From the NCBI RefSeq assembly GCF_009914755.1, contig NC_060927.1: a stretch of DNA of 64,000 nucleotides. One strand, written 5' to 3'. The translations under genes were made by a program, and so were the position numbers. Of this stretch, positions 24,201 to 39,430 are shown one piece after another. The number at the start of each line of letters is the position of its first letter. The stretch's first letter is position 1. The notes beneath the pieces were generated by a model, which was not told the origin of the DNA, did not search any database, and was given only the letters and a program-made list of their open reading frames with translations. The stretch comes from the human T2T-CHM13v2.0 reference genome, Homo sapiens.

Positions 24201-27200
24201 TCTTACTGCACTACTGTACCTGCAAGCTCCACCTATGCAAACATGAAAATCAATGTAACAATTCAGTGTACAAGGCAAGGCCTACAGTGCTGCTAATGTC
24301 TCCTTGCTGGACACACACCTTAAGTCTCAGAGCTCTCAAGGGGTTTGCTGTGGAATAAAATTAGATTCCAACATCTGCCACCATTAAGGAAAAAATTCCA
24401 TTTCCATCTCCCATATGAAAACACTATAACCAATGAACAGTAACTGAACCTTGATACTGTAATGGTTATTACCCAAATCAACTATTTTTTTAAACAGTAA
24501 AATTAGCAAATTCTGCTCTCATAATTATTTGAATGTTATCAGACTAAATGTTTGATAAAATTCCAATATGATTCACTTGGAAAAACTGCTGCTTACTTGA
24601 ATACCCAGAATATAAAGTGTATTCATTTGTAGCTACTCACATTATGTTTAAAGCATATCATCTTTTTAAAGTTTGCATTAGCCTGCTTTCCTAACCAAGC
24701 ACAAAAAGTAGCCTACCTTCAGTTTTTACTTGCATATTTTATCAGACGTTTCTATTAGAGTTAAAAACAATTCCATATCTATTATTCATTGAAGAGACAA
24801 TACATGTGAAATGGTGGAATCCACGAGTTGGCTTCTTTTACCGAAAATACACTGTGCATTAGTCACTGCAGAGCACGCTTTACCTTTTAAAATGGAAAGT
24901 ATTTATGATACATAAATACCTGATAAATAAATCTCTATCCATGTGGAGGACTGAACCTCTTGCTTAGCACATTATGAAACGTTACCATTTGGGTATAGTG
25001 CTATATAATTTAAAAGCTCTTTTGCATACATTGTAGCATGTGCCTTCTATGTTAAAAGAATCCTGGGCTCAAAAGTTAAAATTTTCCAATATTATACCAC
25101 CAATGACACAACCTGGATCAGAGTTGGCCTCCTTTGACTCCTCCACCCTGTACACCCACCTCCATTAGGTATGATAGAGCCTGGACTCTGAAGGCTCTGT
25201 GTTGGTAAGAACCTTGTGTTCCATGAATATGTCAATGAAGAAAGGAAAGCCCTCACTGTTTCTACTGTCAATAAGACCAGTATCCCTAATTCCTCTTCCT
25301 CAGATCAGGGTAGTACTTCAGTGATGATGCTGCCTTGAACCCTGAAGACAGTCTAAAATAGGAGAAATGCAGAGAATTTGGAGTTGGCTGTACTACATTT
25401 ATTATTTAAGAAACTCTCATGTGTAAAAGTAAGAAAATAATAGCTCACAGGGTTACTAAATTAATGCAGATAATCTATAATGCATGATAGGGTCTAGCAC
25501 AAAAAAACACGATGGTTAAGTCAACCCAGACAACCAGGGCAAGACACAGAAGCAGATGTAGGTAGATGGGCTGAGACAGAAGAGACTCTGGTTCTTCCTG
25601 CTTCACACACATTTTGTCTTGGGGGACTGCTGCCTCATTTTGGCAAGTCCTGGCACACATCTGAGGCCTAAATATCTATTTTAGAAGTGCAATATTTTGA
25701 CCATTAAAAAGGTCAGTCTGATTTGAAGGGTTTTTTTGTTGTTGTTGTTAGTTTTTCTGTTTCCTTCACAAAACATCATAGCATGAGAACAGAACCTAAG
25801 TAAATGGCCACTTTTCCTTATTAAGTCGGGTTTCTTTTGTTAGTGATATACACAGGTTTTGGACTGTCTCATTTTTTAAGCAATCATCAATCTTTCTACA
25901 TGTTTTCATAAACAGGGTAGTGCTAACATTAAACTGAACAACTAAGTCAAGACTACAAAAATGCTCTACTAGGACGTTAGAGTAAATTAGAAGTTGAGAA
26001 TAACTATCCAAGGGAATAAAGTTAATAGTTTGCTTGACTCCCATAGCCCACTATTGGCCCCTTTGATTTTCTCTTAACTAGTAATGAGTAATTAGCTAAA
26101 AGCTTTGGGGCTTTGGGAAACACACCATCACAGAAGATGCTTGGAATTTGCTTATTTACATTGCTGAAATAGAGACCCATGAGGAGCTGTGTAGGACAAG
26201 GTAACAAAGAGCAGGGATGTTTAAAATGGCTTAGAACATCACCTATATGACATTATTAGCCAGTTGCTGCTACTATCTAAATAGCTCCAAAATCAGTACT
26301 CAGCCCAGATTGGGGAGAACCCGGGGTATCATTTAAAAGGATGAAGTCAAAGATAGCAAAGGAATTATCAATCACAGGGAATCAGAAAGGAAAATGATGG
26401 CAGGGGGTGGGGGTAGATTGAATTAAATGACAGGTGATAGATAACTAAATATGGTTATTAATAAGTTATAATATTAATTTTTGTTTTAAAGCTAACCTTT
26501 ACTATAATACATGTCCAGTTTCTCCATTTTGGAGATTTAGGGAAACAGGCTTTTGTAGGAATGCAGTCTGATTATTACTGATGATCGGACAGGTCAGAAA
26601 AAAAAATGTAGAATAAGAAAGGCAAGATAATATATATTTAAATATGATATTCTCATCATAATTAGGCTAAAGAGCCAAAACAAGAATGTGTGGGGTGGGC
26701 AAGTAGGTGGGGGGGGGAAGTGAGACCAGGACATTTCTCTTAAATGCGTAGTCTTGGCATGTAAATGAAGACATCTGAAGAAGCACACAGGTTTAAAGCG
26801 GCTCTAACATTCTATCATAATTAGAAACATTTCAAGAGCCCTGTAATTTCCAATCAAAATTACAGTAATTTCCGATATACAAGCCATGATTCATGACAGA
26901 ATTTTACATTCCATGAGAGATTACGGTGGCCTGATGTATGACACGCTGAGTACAGCACTAACATAAACAATTCAGTTTAATGTTTAAACAGCACTTGATG
27001 TTTAGAATCTCACAATAAAAGAAACATATTATTGTAGAAATTATCACTTTGACAGTGATTGAAGGGTAGGCAGGCATGTGGCCTATAAAGCTATAATTTT
27101 TACAGTCCACAGCTTGAGTTTAATCATTTTTATATAACATTTCCAAGATATCCCTTAAGTATTTCATCAGGCCTATAACTTAAACAAGAACAACATTCTT

Positions 27201-28277
27201 CTAAAGCAAAACTCCTGTCAAGTAACACTATAAATGTCGATAGGGTAAAAGTTTAGGAAAATCTGAAAAGATTATTATGTTACAAATATATCGGATTATA
27301 AATACTCCCACAATTGTGTATTTCATCAGAAGTTGACAACAGCCAGGCTGTTTTAGGATTCATTAATGGTAATAAAAATATACTTGTGTAAAATTTCAAG
27401 TTGTTAAAATCTTACCTGGAGTCCCTATTTGCCTCTAATGTCACCTTGATAGTGTTATGAAATTCTTTTTCAAGGGGGAAAAGAGTTTAGTGTTCTTCTG
27501 GTCCTTTAAAAAGTATTCTTGGCTTTGGAGAAGGGTTTATAGATAACTAAGTTTGTTCATATAGATGATTCCACTTTTGATGAACATGAATTATTAATAT
27601 TTGACAGTTATGCTGATAAAAGACTATACGACCTATCCTTTTTTATTTAGTTTGGTAGAAGTTTACAACTTTTCCAATTCAAGGCTATTCAGCTGTAATT
27701 CAGAGTTGGACAAGTTGTAATCAATCTGTGTGTCTTGTATACTCTACAGAAAAATTAAAATCATTAATATGCAAAGCTATGTGTGTGTGTGTGTCAGTTT
27801 GTCTTAATAAGTGTATTTAATAGTTGCAGCCAGCTGAGTTGAGAGGCAACTATGCTCACTGCTATACCACCAATGCCACATTAGATGGCTGAATTGGAAC
27901 AGAAGAAACTGTATAAAGTTTTGTAGCATTTTAGTAGGAAAAAAAATAAAGATCATCTAAGCAATAATGAAATAATAGTAATTCACATTATTTATTCTAC
28001 TACAATAGACCAGACTGAGAAACTGACTATCCATTATGATATCCTTCCCAAAATACCTATTAACTGACTTGGGGATTTACCATAAAATCCTTGGTCTGAG
28101 GAGTGGCTATTGGAAAAAACAAAACTAAGTGCCTATAACCTGAATTTGAATATTGTTTCATTTTAGAGCTCTGGAAATAATCCTAGACATAGAGGCCTCT
28201 CCGTGATGCAAGTTCATACTGAAAATAGACACTCCTTTTAATGAAAATTCTACAGGCAACACAGATAAACATTCTCA

Positions 28278-28454
<177 letters not shown>

Positions 28455-31400
28455 CTACAAAACATTTTGAACATGGCTGTCATTTTTCATTGGCTAAATT
28501 GTTTTGAAGCTTCTCAGGCTCAGCATCCAAACTGGACACTGTTGTTCCTTTTATGATCAAGGTGATCAACAGTGCAGTCATTCAACATTAGTTATTGCCC
28601 TGAGATCAGATTGCTTAAGTTAAGGGAAGTCACATTGTCACAGGTGATTGCATCTGTAATATGACAGCAACTGCCAGCTGACAACCAGGAATTATAATGC
28701 CATAAAGTAAGTTTTCTGGAAAACGAAATAGTTTCAAAGACTTGAAAACCCTAAACTAATTGTCTCCCAATTACCTTCCATTGCAATCCTAACAAAGGAA
28801 ATTCACAATTAAAATCATAATGCACAGTGCTGTATCTTCACTGGGTGCCCGGTGCCTAATAGACAATTGAATCACTAATAGCTATTACATACTATGGCCT
28901 TTTTAATTTTAGACTATTTTTATGCATCTTCCTCTTATGTTTCATTTAAAAAATCTTCCATAACAAAGCCATTTGCAGAACTGCGTATTTAAATCTTCTA
29001 TCCATCCATGAAGCAGGTAGAGTGCCTTGCTTAATTATCATAAAGGCTGGTTGAATTTTACACGTGCATGTCCAAGCTGTTCTGTATAATTATTTCATCT
29101 TTTCCTGGCACCCCTGTATATAACTATTTCCTTTTGACTTGTGAAACCACACAATAAGATAATGTTTCACAATATTTAATAAAATATTGCTGTAAGCATC
29201 ACAAAATATATAATCAGTGACTTTACTAATATATTCAAAAAGTACAATCTTGAGAGAAAAATCAGCATCAATGCCTTTAGTAATAGTGATAAGCAGATAT
29301 CGGCAGTAAAATGCCACAAAATTTTAGGGGCTGAAAGCAAATCTCAACTTCAAAATGTACTGATACTATAATTCATGTTTAAAACTCCAAATTTATTTTT
29401 TATTACACAGTAGTATGAACTAGCCTGGAAAACTTACATAAAAACCATGTAGCTGATTTTTTACTGGGAAACTGATGAAAATATAAATGAAAAATTACTA
29501 CAGATACAAAACCATGTTTCTTCCAGCAAACTGATCCCTTAAAGACATCTTTTCAGTTACTTTACAGAACTCAGGTTTCTATCCTCTAGAAACTTACCAT
29601 CCTGGACAATTTCTCACATAAACCATGAAAATAGAAAATGAAGTATGCTGTAGAATAAACAAATGATTTTTTTGGCATTAAATGATATAGCCTTTGAGTC
29701 AAGCTGCAGGACTTTAAGATTTATTTTACTCTGTTCCTAAAATATTCAGTGATTCAATTCTCCGTACTTAAAGCATAAATAGGAGATCCCTTTAAAATGT
29801 GCCTGCTGAATCCTAATTTCTAGCCAATTAGCAAAATAATTCACCTCTTGCTTATCTTGAGAAAGCTGGTAGATGCTTTCACCATGATACCACCTTTCCA
29901 AGCATGGAAAAGATAATGCTGGGAAATAGTTGGCCCGCAGGCCTGAAGGGGACACAGCAGGTAAGGCAGGACAGGTGACCAAAGGTGGGGCCTCATCCGC
30001 CTCCTCTCCAGAGTTCCCCTTCTAGCTTTGCCACTCTAGTAAGCAAGGGCACTCATAGAGATATATTAATGACTGGAGGCCACTAGAACACATACAGGGC
30101 TTTGAAGCAATAATCTGCTAAACACCACTTTAAGAGCCAGAAGAGTTAACAACACATTACCATAAATTGCCTACAAAGTTGCTTTGGTGAGATTGGAAAC
30201 TTTGCTCTGGGGTGGTCTTGCTTTGAGGCAGAGGGATAGATTTGATCACCCCATGGGGTCCCTTTTAATACCTATTTTTCTCACTGCTTAAATGAAAGAG
30301 AAAAGAAAAGCCATTTCAATCATTTTGAAAACTGAATGTTATGGAAATGGGGGCACCAAGTCCAGTGCACTGAAGAAACAGATCCTTGGTAGCAATCTGC
30401 TAAGCAATAGTTAAAAGAACAGACTTTGGAAAGTTGGTGTTTCGATCTGTTTTTAAAGTAATTTTCATTATTTTGTAAAAATGATGTTTAAGAATTTATC
30501 TTTGAGGTGCGCTATAATCATTTGTTTCAACCCTGTGACTTTGTTTCTAAAAACTTCTTTGGTTAATTTTTTTTTTTATTTTAAAGCAATTATAATCAAG
30601 CACAAATTCTAAATTATTTTAAAAAATCATTTCCTAGTAGCCAACACAATCAAAACAAAAGTGAAAAAAGTATACAAGAAATATTTTTTTTTAAAAAAAG
30701 AATGTGAGGGTGAAACTTTAACAATTACAAAGTTAGAAAGTATCTCTGTACTACTCATTTAAAAAATATTTAGGAAAGCTCTTCTTTACCATTTTGTTGG
30801 CCCAGATACACATCTTATCATAGATAAGCTATTAGAATTCTAGAATCACATTTTTTTTTTCCTAAACACAAGCTATTGCTTAAGGGAAACTGACTTGGAC
30901 AGCTTTTCAAAAATATGAAAGCTGAATTTTTCCCCAGGTAAAAATGGAAACAAAAATCTTTTATACCTCACTCTACTAAGTACTATTTTAGCTTAGTACA
31001 AAAAAATCTTCTTTAATCCTGGTTTAGCTTTTAATATTATATCACACATTAAAATTCATAAAGTAGTTCATTCCAGGCAAAACAAACTACTGTTCAGCTC
31101 TTCTCCGCAAATAGCACAGGAGGTAAAATAAATGCAGTTGCTTTCAGAATAGCTTTTATCAAGGTAGGGTGTACTACTCCATTATTAAGGCGGCGCCGGG
31201 GAAGTAGTTAAGAATTGGAGCTTCTACTACTTACCCTCCCATGTGGGGATAGGGTGCAGCACTAGAGTCTGCTTTTTATTTCACTAAAATTGTGCCGCAG
31301 GACACACATTTTCCATAAAAACTCTATTTTGCTTCTTCATGGATTGCTGTATGCATTGAATCATGCTTTTAGATTTTACACGAAATGAACTCTATTTCAG

Positions 31401-31504
31401 CCTTGATTGGTGAACATCCTACTCTGATGCATGAAGAATTGCCTGCAAGCACACTGCTTTTACACAAGCAAAATTAAAGTTATATGTAGTTTTAATAATT
31501 GTGA

Positions 31505-31700
31505 TAATAAACACTGACATTTATTAGTTGTTTATTATGTGCTGGACATTGTATTAATGTATATTAACTTCTTAACTTGCCTAACAGCCCGGAGGAGGTA
31601 TTATGATTGTCCCATTTTAAAATTGAGAAAACTCCGTTAAAACAAACAGGTTAAACAATTTGTTGGTGGATAAATGCTGAGATCTAAACTTAACTAGAAA
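31505..31700 (-). mobile_element. MIR fragment
   Basis: TTATTATGTGCTGGACATTG...GAGGTATTATGATTGTCCCATTTTAAAATTGAGAAAACT is antisense MIR. Confidence 0.65.
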
Positions 31701-32371
31701 CCCAAAGTTATTTAGAGTTCATGACATTACCTGCACCTTCTTTACTTGAAAAAATTCTTAATTTTTAGAGCAGGCTGGACTTGTTTTTTGGTGGCCCTTT
31801 GATAAATCTAGCTCATTAATGTCTAATTTTTTAATAGCTATTGATTTTTGATTAAAATCCAATCTAAATTTATTTTTCAGGGTATAAAAATTATATTTTC
31901 TTATTAATGAAAATAAGAAATGTCCTCTTTTATGGATGCTTATTAGTGATGGAAAATATTTCCCACTCTCAAATTTTAATATATTAACACTGTCTTTAGC
32001 ACCATGGTTTCATATTTTTAGATATTTCTTTCCTTCCAGGAACAGTATTATTTTCCAAATCTAGCCTTTAAAAGTCTTCCAGCTTTTAAAAGACGACAAT
32101 TAATGGGATGCATTTTATAACCACATAAGCAACATCTTAAAATGATCTTCAAGGGATTCATAAGAAATAAAACTTTTACCAAGTGTTAAGTTCCTGCCTG
32201 TAACTGAACCTGAAATCAAGATGAACCTATGTTTCATTATATCGTAGAGGGATTTCTTGTAAAGAGACAAAATAGTGCAACTACCAGATTAATCATATAC
32301 TGTTTATATTAACTTCATAAATTTTCTAAAGCATTGTTATGAAATAGCATACCTTTAGTAATTCTTTCGGT

Positions 32372-32429
32372 AATTACATAAAGAGATGTAAAAAATGAAG
32401 AATTACATAAAGAGATGTAAAAAATGAAG
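32372..32429. repeat. Perfect 29-bp tandem duplication AATTACATAAAGAGATGTAAAAAATGAAG x2
   Basis: Copies at 32372-32400 and 32401-32429 are identical. Confidence 0.95.
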
Positions 32430-35400
32430 AAAAAAAGACTTTTGTGTAATTCATGTAAAAGCTGTAACTCAGTAATTATATGCTTTCAAACAGTCTTCAT
32501 GGAAACAAACTGCTAAATTAATTTAACTCCAAAAGTCACACACCATAAAATGCACAAATCAAATTTTAAAAAGTATACCCTTACGGTAGAAATCATCACT
32601 TAAAATTCTGTAAAATATACAATTCTCAGATAATAATCATGAATTATTATTGTTCATAAAAATTCCTCTAATAAACTCATCAGGAAAATCTGCAAAGCTT
32701 ATAGTGAAAAGAAACCTTAAGACCAAGGAAGCTGGGAGGACTGGGTTCTCCCAGATATTTTCATGAGACCAAAGTTTAAAAGGGGCTGTTCTCCCCACAA
32801 TCCCAGAAATGCCATTGTCTAGTTTTCCCAACTGGATAATTTGTCAAACAAGTTATTTCATTAGGACAATGCTTTAGCACATGCTCCTCTTCCCATTCTA
32901 ACAAGAAAACCTCCCATCCTCTATGACAAACAAAAAGATCTCCAAGTTTCACTTTTCCCTTTCTAAAATAAGTTTGCTTTTATTCTGAGGAGGTGGCTTG
33001 AAGTAGAGGAAGGAGCAAGAGACTTAGCAGAGGATTTGAAAACTCTGACTCAACCTTAAACTTGGTTTTCTCATTTTTCTTCTAGCGAAAGGCTGGTATG
33101 AGGATTCAATGAATTAATGTATTCAGCTGCTTTCAGAATAGCTTTTATCAAGTTAGGGTGTGAATCATTATCAGGTGCAAGATATTCTTATTTGTTGAAT
33201 TAGAGCATGTAAGTTGTGAAAATGTTTGCAGCAACCAGGTCTGGCCCAGAGCCTATAGCCCAGGCAGAGGATGAAGCACAGGGCATAACTGTCCCTACTG
33301 GAGCACATGGGATACCTCTGCAGGGAGGCATCTCACCTGGACTGGGCCACCAAGGAGCTCTGGTGTTTCCTGAGGCTAGGTGTCCCCAGGTGGGGTGTGA
33401 CTAGCCAGGAAGTCCTTTCTTGAAGATGACTTAGAATTCAAGTCCTTCAATAGTTTAGGTCCTTGTTATGGTATGTCCCAAGGGCACTCCAAAATCATCT
33501 TCTGCATGTTTTACACTCTATAAAGAGGTGGAAGAGAATCCAGTTTCCCAGGCCTTAATGGGGGCTGGGTTTTCTGTGAACCACTGAGGGCCTCTGCTTT
33601 TAACATGTGGTTCTTTAGAAAGAAATCAGGTTTCAGGTGCAACCCAAACCCAAGATTTGTCTCAAAATATGTTTCAAATCTCCTCATTTTGGGGGAAATG
33701 AAATGTATACTGATTTCACATGGACTCCTCTTTGGCAAAATGTAAAATTTAAAAAGACAAAATTTTGCAGTCTGTGTTATCTGTGGTTTTCTCCATTTTA
33801 TCCTTTATTTTAACTCATTTTTAATATGCATACTGGTTCCAGTTTAAGCATCATTTCATTATTTCAACTGCTACAAGACAGCACTAATTCAAGTGCTCTA
33901 TAACGTGTTTTTCCAAATCTAAAGTACTAATTTTGCATTGATAATACCTTTAATACCTTAAGATTTCTTAAAATTTAATTCATTTAATCATGGTTAAAGG
34001 GAAGAATGTGAACAAATTGGTAGTGATCTCCATTATAATAATATTAATAATTTAAAGATTTATATTGCAGCAGCAAAATAAAATTACACACACATACACA
34101 TATCAGTTAGTCATTTTGGAGTTTGGTTAGATGGCCAGTAATACTGCAGTAATAGAAATGTTTTATTTGAAAGAGTTTCACTAAGAATCTACAGTATGTA
34201 TATACTGTATATTTTCATCATTGGCTGAATACCCTAGCTATGGGCTTGGTCTCAGCTCCTCTTCAGAACAAACAAATACAGCTAAGGGTGGCACAACCAG
34301 TTAACCAATAATTCAGGCAAAAATAAATTAAACATATATTCTATCCCAACTTATCAGCAGATAAAGCCTTTAAGCATACATACAGGAAAGTTATCCTATA
34401 GTATCTTAACAGCATATGAAAAGAAATATCACTTAATAAGAATTGGTATAACTTTAGCTCGAGAAAAAGCTTGATGAGTAAGGACACCCAAATCACATTT
34501 GGAAAATAAATAAAACCAGAGTCCTAGAAAAATTAGAAAACAAAAGCTGTATTAAGGAACCACAAAGTCAAATATCTGGCTAGATGTTTTTTTTTTTTTA
34601 AAAGCAGTTCAATGTTGAAGTTCATATTGGTCTTAAGTAAGCCATTCTTTTATTAGTATTGCAGATTAAGTGATAAGTAAAGTAATTCTCTGCTCAGAGC
34701 CCTGTCAGTGGTGACTTCAGGAGCAAAGTTAACTAATAAAAGTGTGTGTATTAACACTAAACACTACAGAAAAAGTACCAAACCAAATTATTTTATTTCA
34801 TTTCGTATATTTTTTCTTTTTTATCATTCCTAGAAGTCATAGTTTATCTTTTCTCTTTAACCATACTTAGAAGTCATATTTTTTATACATAAAGAGTTCC
34901 TCATTCTTTATCTTAGGAAATATTTTATAGAAGCATTTAGAGATCAAATTCAATAACTTTGTGTGCGTGGGCAGGTGGGTGTGTACATACGTATATAGAT
35001 GCCATGCTTTTCTCCTAAAGAAGCATGACTTTTTTATTCACAATTATAGCAATGATTTCCTTATAGTCTGTTCCTATAGACATCAAGACCAGATTGATTT
35101 TCATTAAATAAACTAGTGAAAATGGATTTTGTGACATTTCTAAAAAGTAATAGTTTCAGAACCTTATGATAAGCAGTTTATTTAGCTACTCAACAAGTGG
35201 CTAAATATTTCTTATTTATGCAGTATCCGTAGTACTTTCACTCTTTAGTGTTGAATGAGTTTTTTCTAGATTTCTATACATGAAAATGTATAACCACTTT
35301 CTACTATTGATGAGAATGAAGTAAAATCGAGATACAATTTCACTATGAGATTGTCATATGAATATTTTGACTTTTTCTTCCATGTTCAATTTTTATCCAA

Positions 35401-35467
35401 TTTTAACTGACCTTATTTTTAAGAGCTGTAAATGTCACAAGTTAAACATGTAAGAAAACACATTTGC

Positions 35468-35805
<338 letters not shown>

Positions 35806-36526
35806 CTAACTAGCAAACTTTTATCTAAGGGTTTGTAATGCAAATTGATTTACTGAATTATAACAGTTATGAGGTTACTTTTAAAACTTAGTTTAAAAAA
35901 CAATACAGATTCACATACCCAAAGTTACCCGGAAGGCAACTTTCTTTCCTAAAAAGTCCAAAAATTTTAAGAAAGAGAAAACATGCCCGTATCTTGGAGT
36001 ATGGATAGAATTCCTTATCAGCCCCATTTAAAGCTGCCTTCAAGGATTTTATTAAACTTAATTATGAAAGATTACAAATGAGATGGTGTGTAATTGGTAC
36101 CAGCTGCAGTTCGTACTGGAAAGTATAAATACAAATGAAATTATTTATTTTTATTTATTTACTATTCAAATGGCGATTCTGAAACCAGTTGGGAAAAAAC
36201 TGACTTTATTCTTTTTCTATTGAGTTTAAAATACTTTACTTAATAACAACAGTAGAGACAAATATCCCATTTAAAGACTACTTTCACCCCCAAATAACCC
36301 AAAGAATGAAGGAACACAAAGCAATTTTCTTCCCTCTATCTAATTAGGAGCTTATTGTTTTTATATCAGAATTAATGATTTGGGACCAAATTCTCCTCAA
36401 GCAACTATACGAATTTAAAAACATATAAATCTATGTATCTATCTATCTAATTTCTTATTGAGATTCTTCCTCAAGCATTAAAAAAAAGCTAAACAAAGAA
36501 GGGCAAGGAGGAAAAGGAGACCGCAC

Positions 36527-36739
36527 CTGGGGAGGACGGCTGGGTGGTGTGCTGATGAGTGGGGCAGGACCCATGGCCGAGGCAGCATTCAAGCTCCTTT
36601 CCCTTTCGTCCTGGTATATTCGGTCTCTTTCAGCTTCCGGTAACTGCAAGAAATTCTGCATAGCCCGAAGGTTTACCAGCAAAGACTGGGATGCAGTCTT
36701 GGGGTCCTCTTCCTTTCGGAGGATTTCTGAAAGCAAGCC
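36527..36739 (-). CDS. SATB1: SATB1 exon 8 (213 nt; [13 protein letters not shown]...PPSRPPQ, C-terminal part of CUT1)
   Basis: Acceptor CTTTCATTTCTTGCAG|GGC, donor CAG|GTGCGG; within ORF 36455..36850. Confidence 0.97.
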
Positions 36740-39430
36740 CTGCAAGAAATGAAAGGCACAGGGTGAGCCTGCTGCCTTGCTTTGCCTGGCCAGCAGTGAT
36801 CCTTCCCTTTTCTTCTCCACTCTGTTTAGAAAATGAACAGTCAGAGGCATTAATTCTGCATAGGAATATATTAGTTACAACTGAAGTGGTAGAGAAGAGA
36901 GCCTCAATTGTATTCTTAATTTTATTAAGCATCTGCTTTACATATAACATAAACTGAAACTGCCTAATTGGTCTCCTTCCTTTGAGTAGCTTAACTTGCC
37001 ATGAAATCTTTCACAGAGAGACGATCCAGGGAAGTTAAGAATAAACGAAATCCTTATAATGCAACAGCACTGAACTGTATAGTTCTCAAGCTGCCTAGAC
37101 AAAGGCAGTGTAATGCCTACAGCCCAATATGTAAAGATACAAAGCCATTTCTAGAGAAGTAGAACTTTCAAAGAAAATACCAGAAAATGAATTTTAACAT
37201 ATTAGAACAAAGGTTATTACTAAAGCATCACCTAAGGTTTATGCTGTATTTTCACAGGCAATGTTTAAAATTATTCCTTAAACTCCGACTTATCAAAGTA
37301 CATGACACTACGTGACCCTTTCAATTTACCATTTTCAGAGAACCTCACTGATTATCACAAATGATTCTAAATACTATCTTGCTGTATTATACCACTGGGT
37401 AACAGGTTTAAATTTTGAACTTTAAAAACCATAGACAAGATTTGAAATATATTAACTAATTTTCAACATTGCGAAAGTCCATCACAGCATGCCAAGGAAA
37501 AGAGTATCAAATTCTGTAATTATCAAATTTCTTGGGGAATAAAAATTGTTAGTGATAGAAGAAATTTATAAATCATTAGAAAACTCTTAAGGTGTCTTTC
37601 CCCCCTAAATAACAGAACATCAATTTTCAACTAATTTTTTTAACTTTTGGAAGAACTCTTTCAAAAATGGGTGGTTCTCCCCATTGCATTTAAGAGACAA
37701 TATGAAATAAAAGAATTGGAAAATTTTCTGTTCATTTTATAAGGGCTAAGCAGCTCTTCTCTCTTTAATCTTGTACATGAAATAATGCTTGGAATAGTAA
37801 GACATATTTGGTTTCTTCACTTAGCCAGAGTATCAGCTTCAGAATAAAATTTTGTCAGGATTTCTATATAATTTGCAAATCTACTTTCCAATATCCTGCA
37901 GAAACAGTTAAAGGTATATTGGGGGAAGGAAGGTAACGTGTCATGTCAAAACAATGAAGCCCCAAGGTTAAAACATTTGTTTTTTTCATGGTTTGTTAGA
38001 AGTACAAACCTGGTTTTGTTCCCAAATTTAAAGATAATGTACCATGTTGCCGAAATGCAACAGTTGGGTGCAGACAATACAAAAGTACTGATACTTCTTA
38101 AAATGATTTATAAGCTGGTATTTAAAAAGAACTTTTAACAGGTGCAGAGGGCTTCAGAGTCCATTTTAAAGTTGTCTCTCACTTAGTCTCTTACAGCTAA
38201 AGCCTGGAAATTGGACCTGAACTTTCGTTTTTACCCTAAGAAATGTGACTGAAGAATGAAGGGCATGTGTCCTTAGGATACTAACGAGTAATGCTGTAAC
38301 TGTGTCTACACAAGAGCAAAACATCTAGTCAATTTAACTAAAATTCAGTCAAACAGGCAGTCAATCATCCAGCTATTTAATTTGCACAAGGCCACCTAAT
38401 TAGTTTGACTGTGTTTCTGATGTGCCATATTGAAAGTAAAACATTCAGGTCTCAAAAAAAAAAAGTTTGAAAATAGGTGTAATGAAATAACCCTTGCTCT
38501 TTACTCCTCTCCACCAAATGTTATGTCTTAAAAAATGTACTTGACAAAGCAATATATTCTCAACTACACAGATATGGATACATGAAAACATCAGTATAAA
38601 CACAATATGCTACAAATTCCTTGAGCATAATAATCTAATATTCACTTTCATCATCCCAGCACAATGTCTCTCATGTAAATGTTTGATAAGTATTTACTAA
38701 ATGGACTGATCATGTGTATAAAGACCACAATGGAGAAAACAATCACAAACAGGTGATAGAAACTTAAGAACAAGATGTGTTACCCATGAGTCAATTCTAG
38801 TAGTAGTTATTAGCACTCATGTTGGGCCTACAGTGAAAAGTTCTGTGGCATTTTTTGAGATGTTTTTCCTAATTGTCTAATAATTAAAAAAATTAGATTA
38901 GGGCAAAACATAGTTATAAATATTTAGGATGTTATTCGGGAAACTTGAAATTAGGTATTTAAAAATCCCAAATAACAAAGTACTATATCACATATTTCTA
39001 TCAAAAATATTTCCTGAGGCAGCAGAGATCTATAGTGAGAAAGTCAAATACAGGAAAACATACAAAATAATATTCTTTCTCAAGTCTTGCTAACATATAA
39101 GACTAAGTCATTTCCATATGGTTGAGATTGGAAGGTAGTTATGTCACTTGGGAGAAAATTTTAAAAGTTCTCTACCTATATTTTGATGTTGGTGTGACTT
39201 CCTATTTAAGCATACAAGTGTTTTTAGGGGCAAAGCATTTTACTACCACTTAATTATTCTACTGGAACAAGGTTTTTTGTTCGTCTGAAATATGTTGATG
39301 GTATAAAGTGATGTTTCAAACCCTGAAACACTCAAAGAGCTTTAAAGCAGCCAGTGTAGACAGTCTCAGGTGTTTCAGAAACCTTTGGGTTTTTTTTTTT
39401 TTTTTTTTTGGCCCAGAGCTTTCAATGAGG

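Noticed and set aside
33216-33420. GC-richer patch with a 62-aa ORF
   Set aside because: Possibly an old LTR fragment, but no family or coding signal could be supported.
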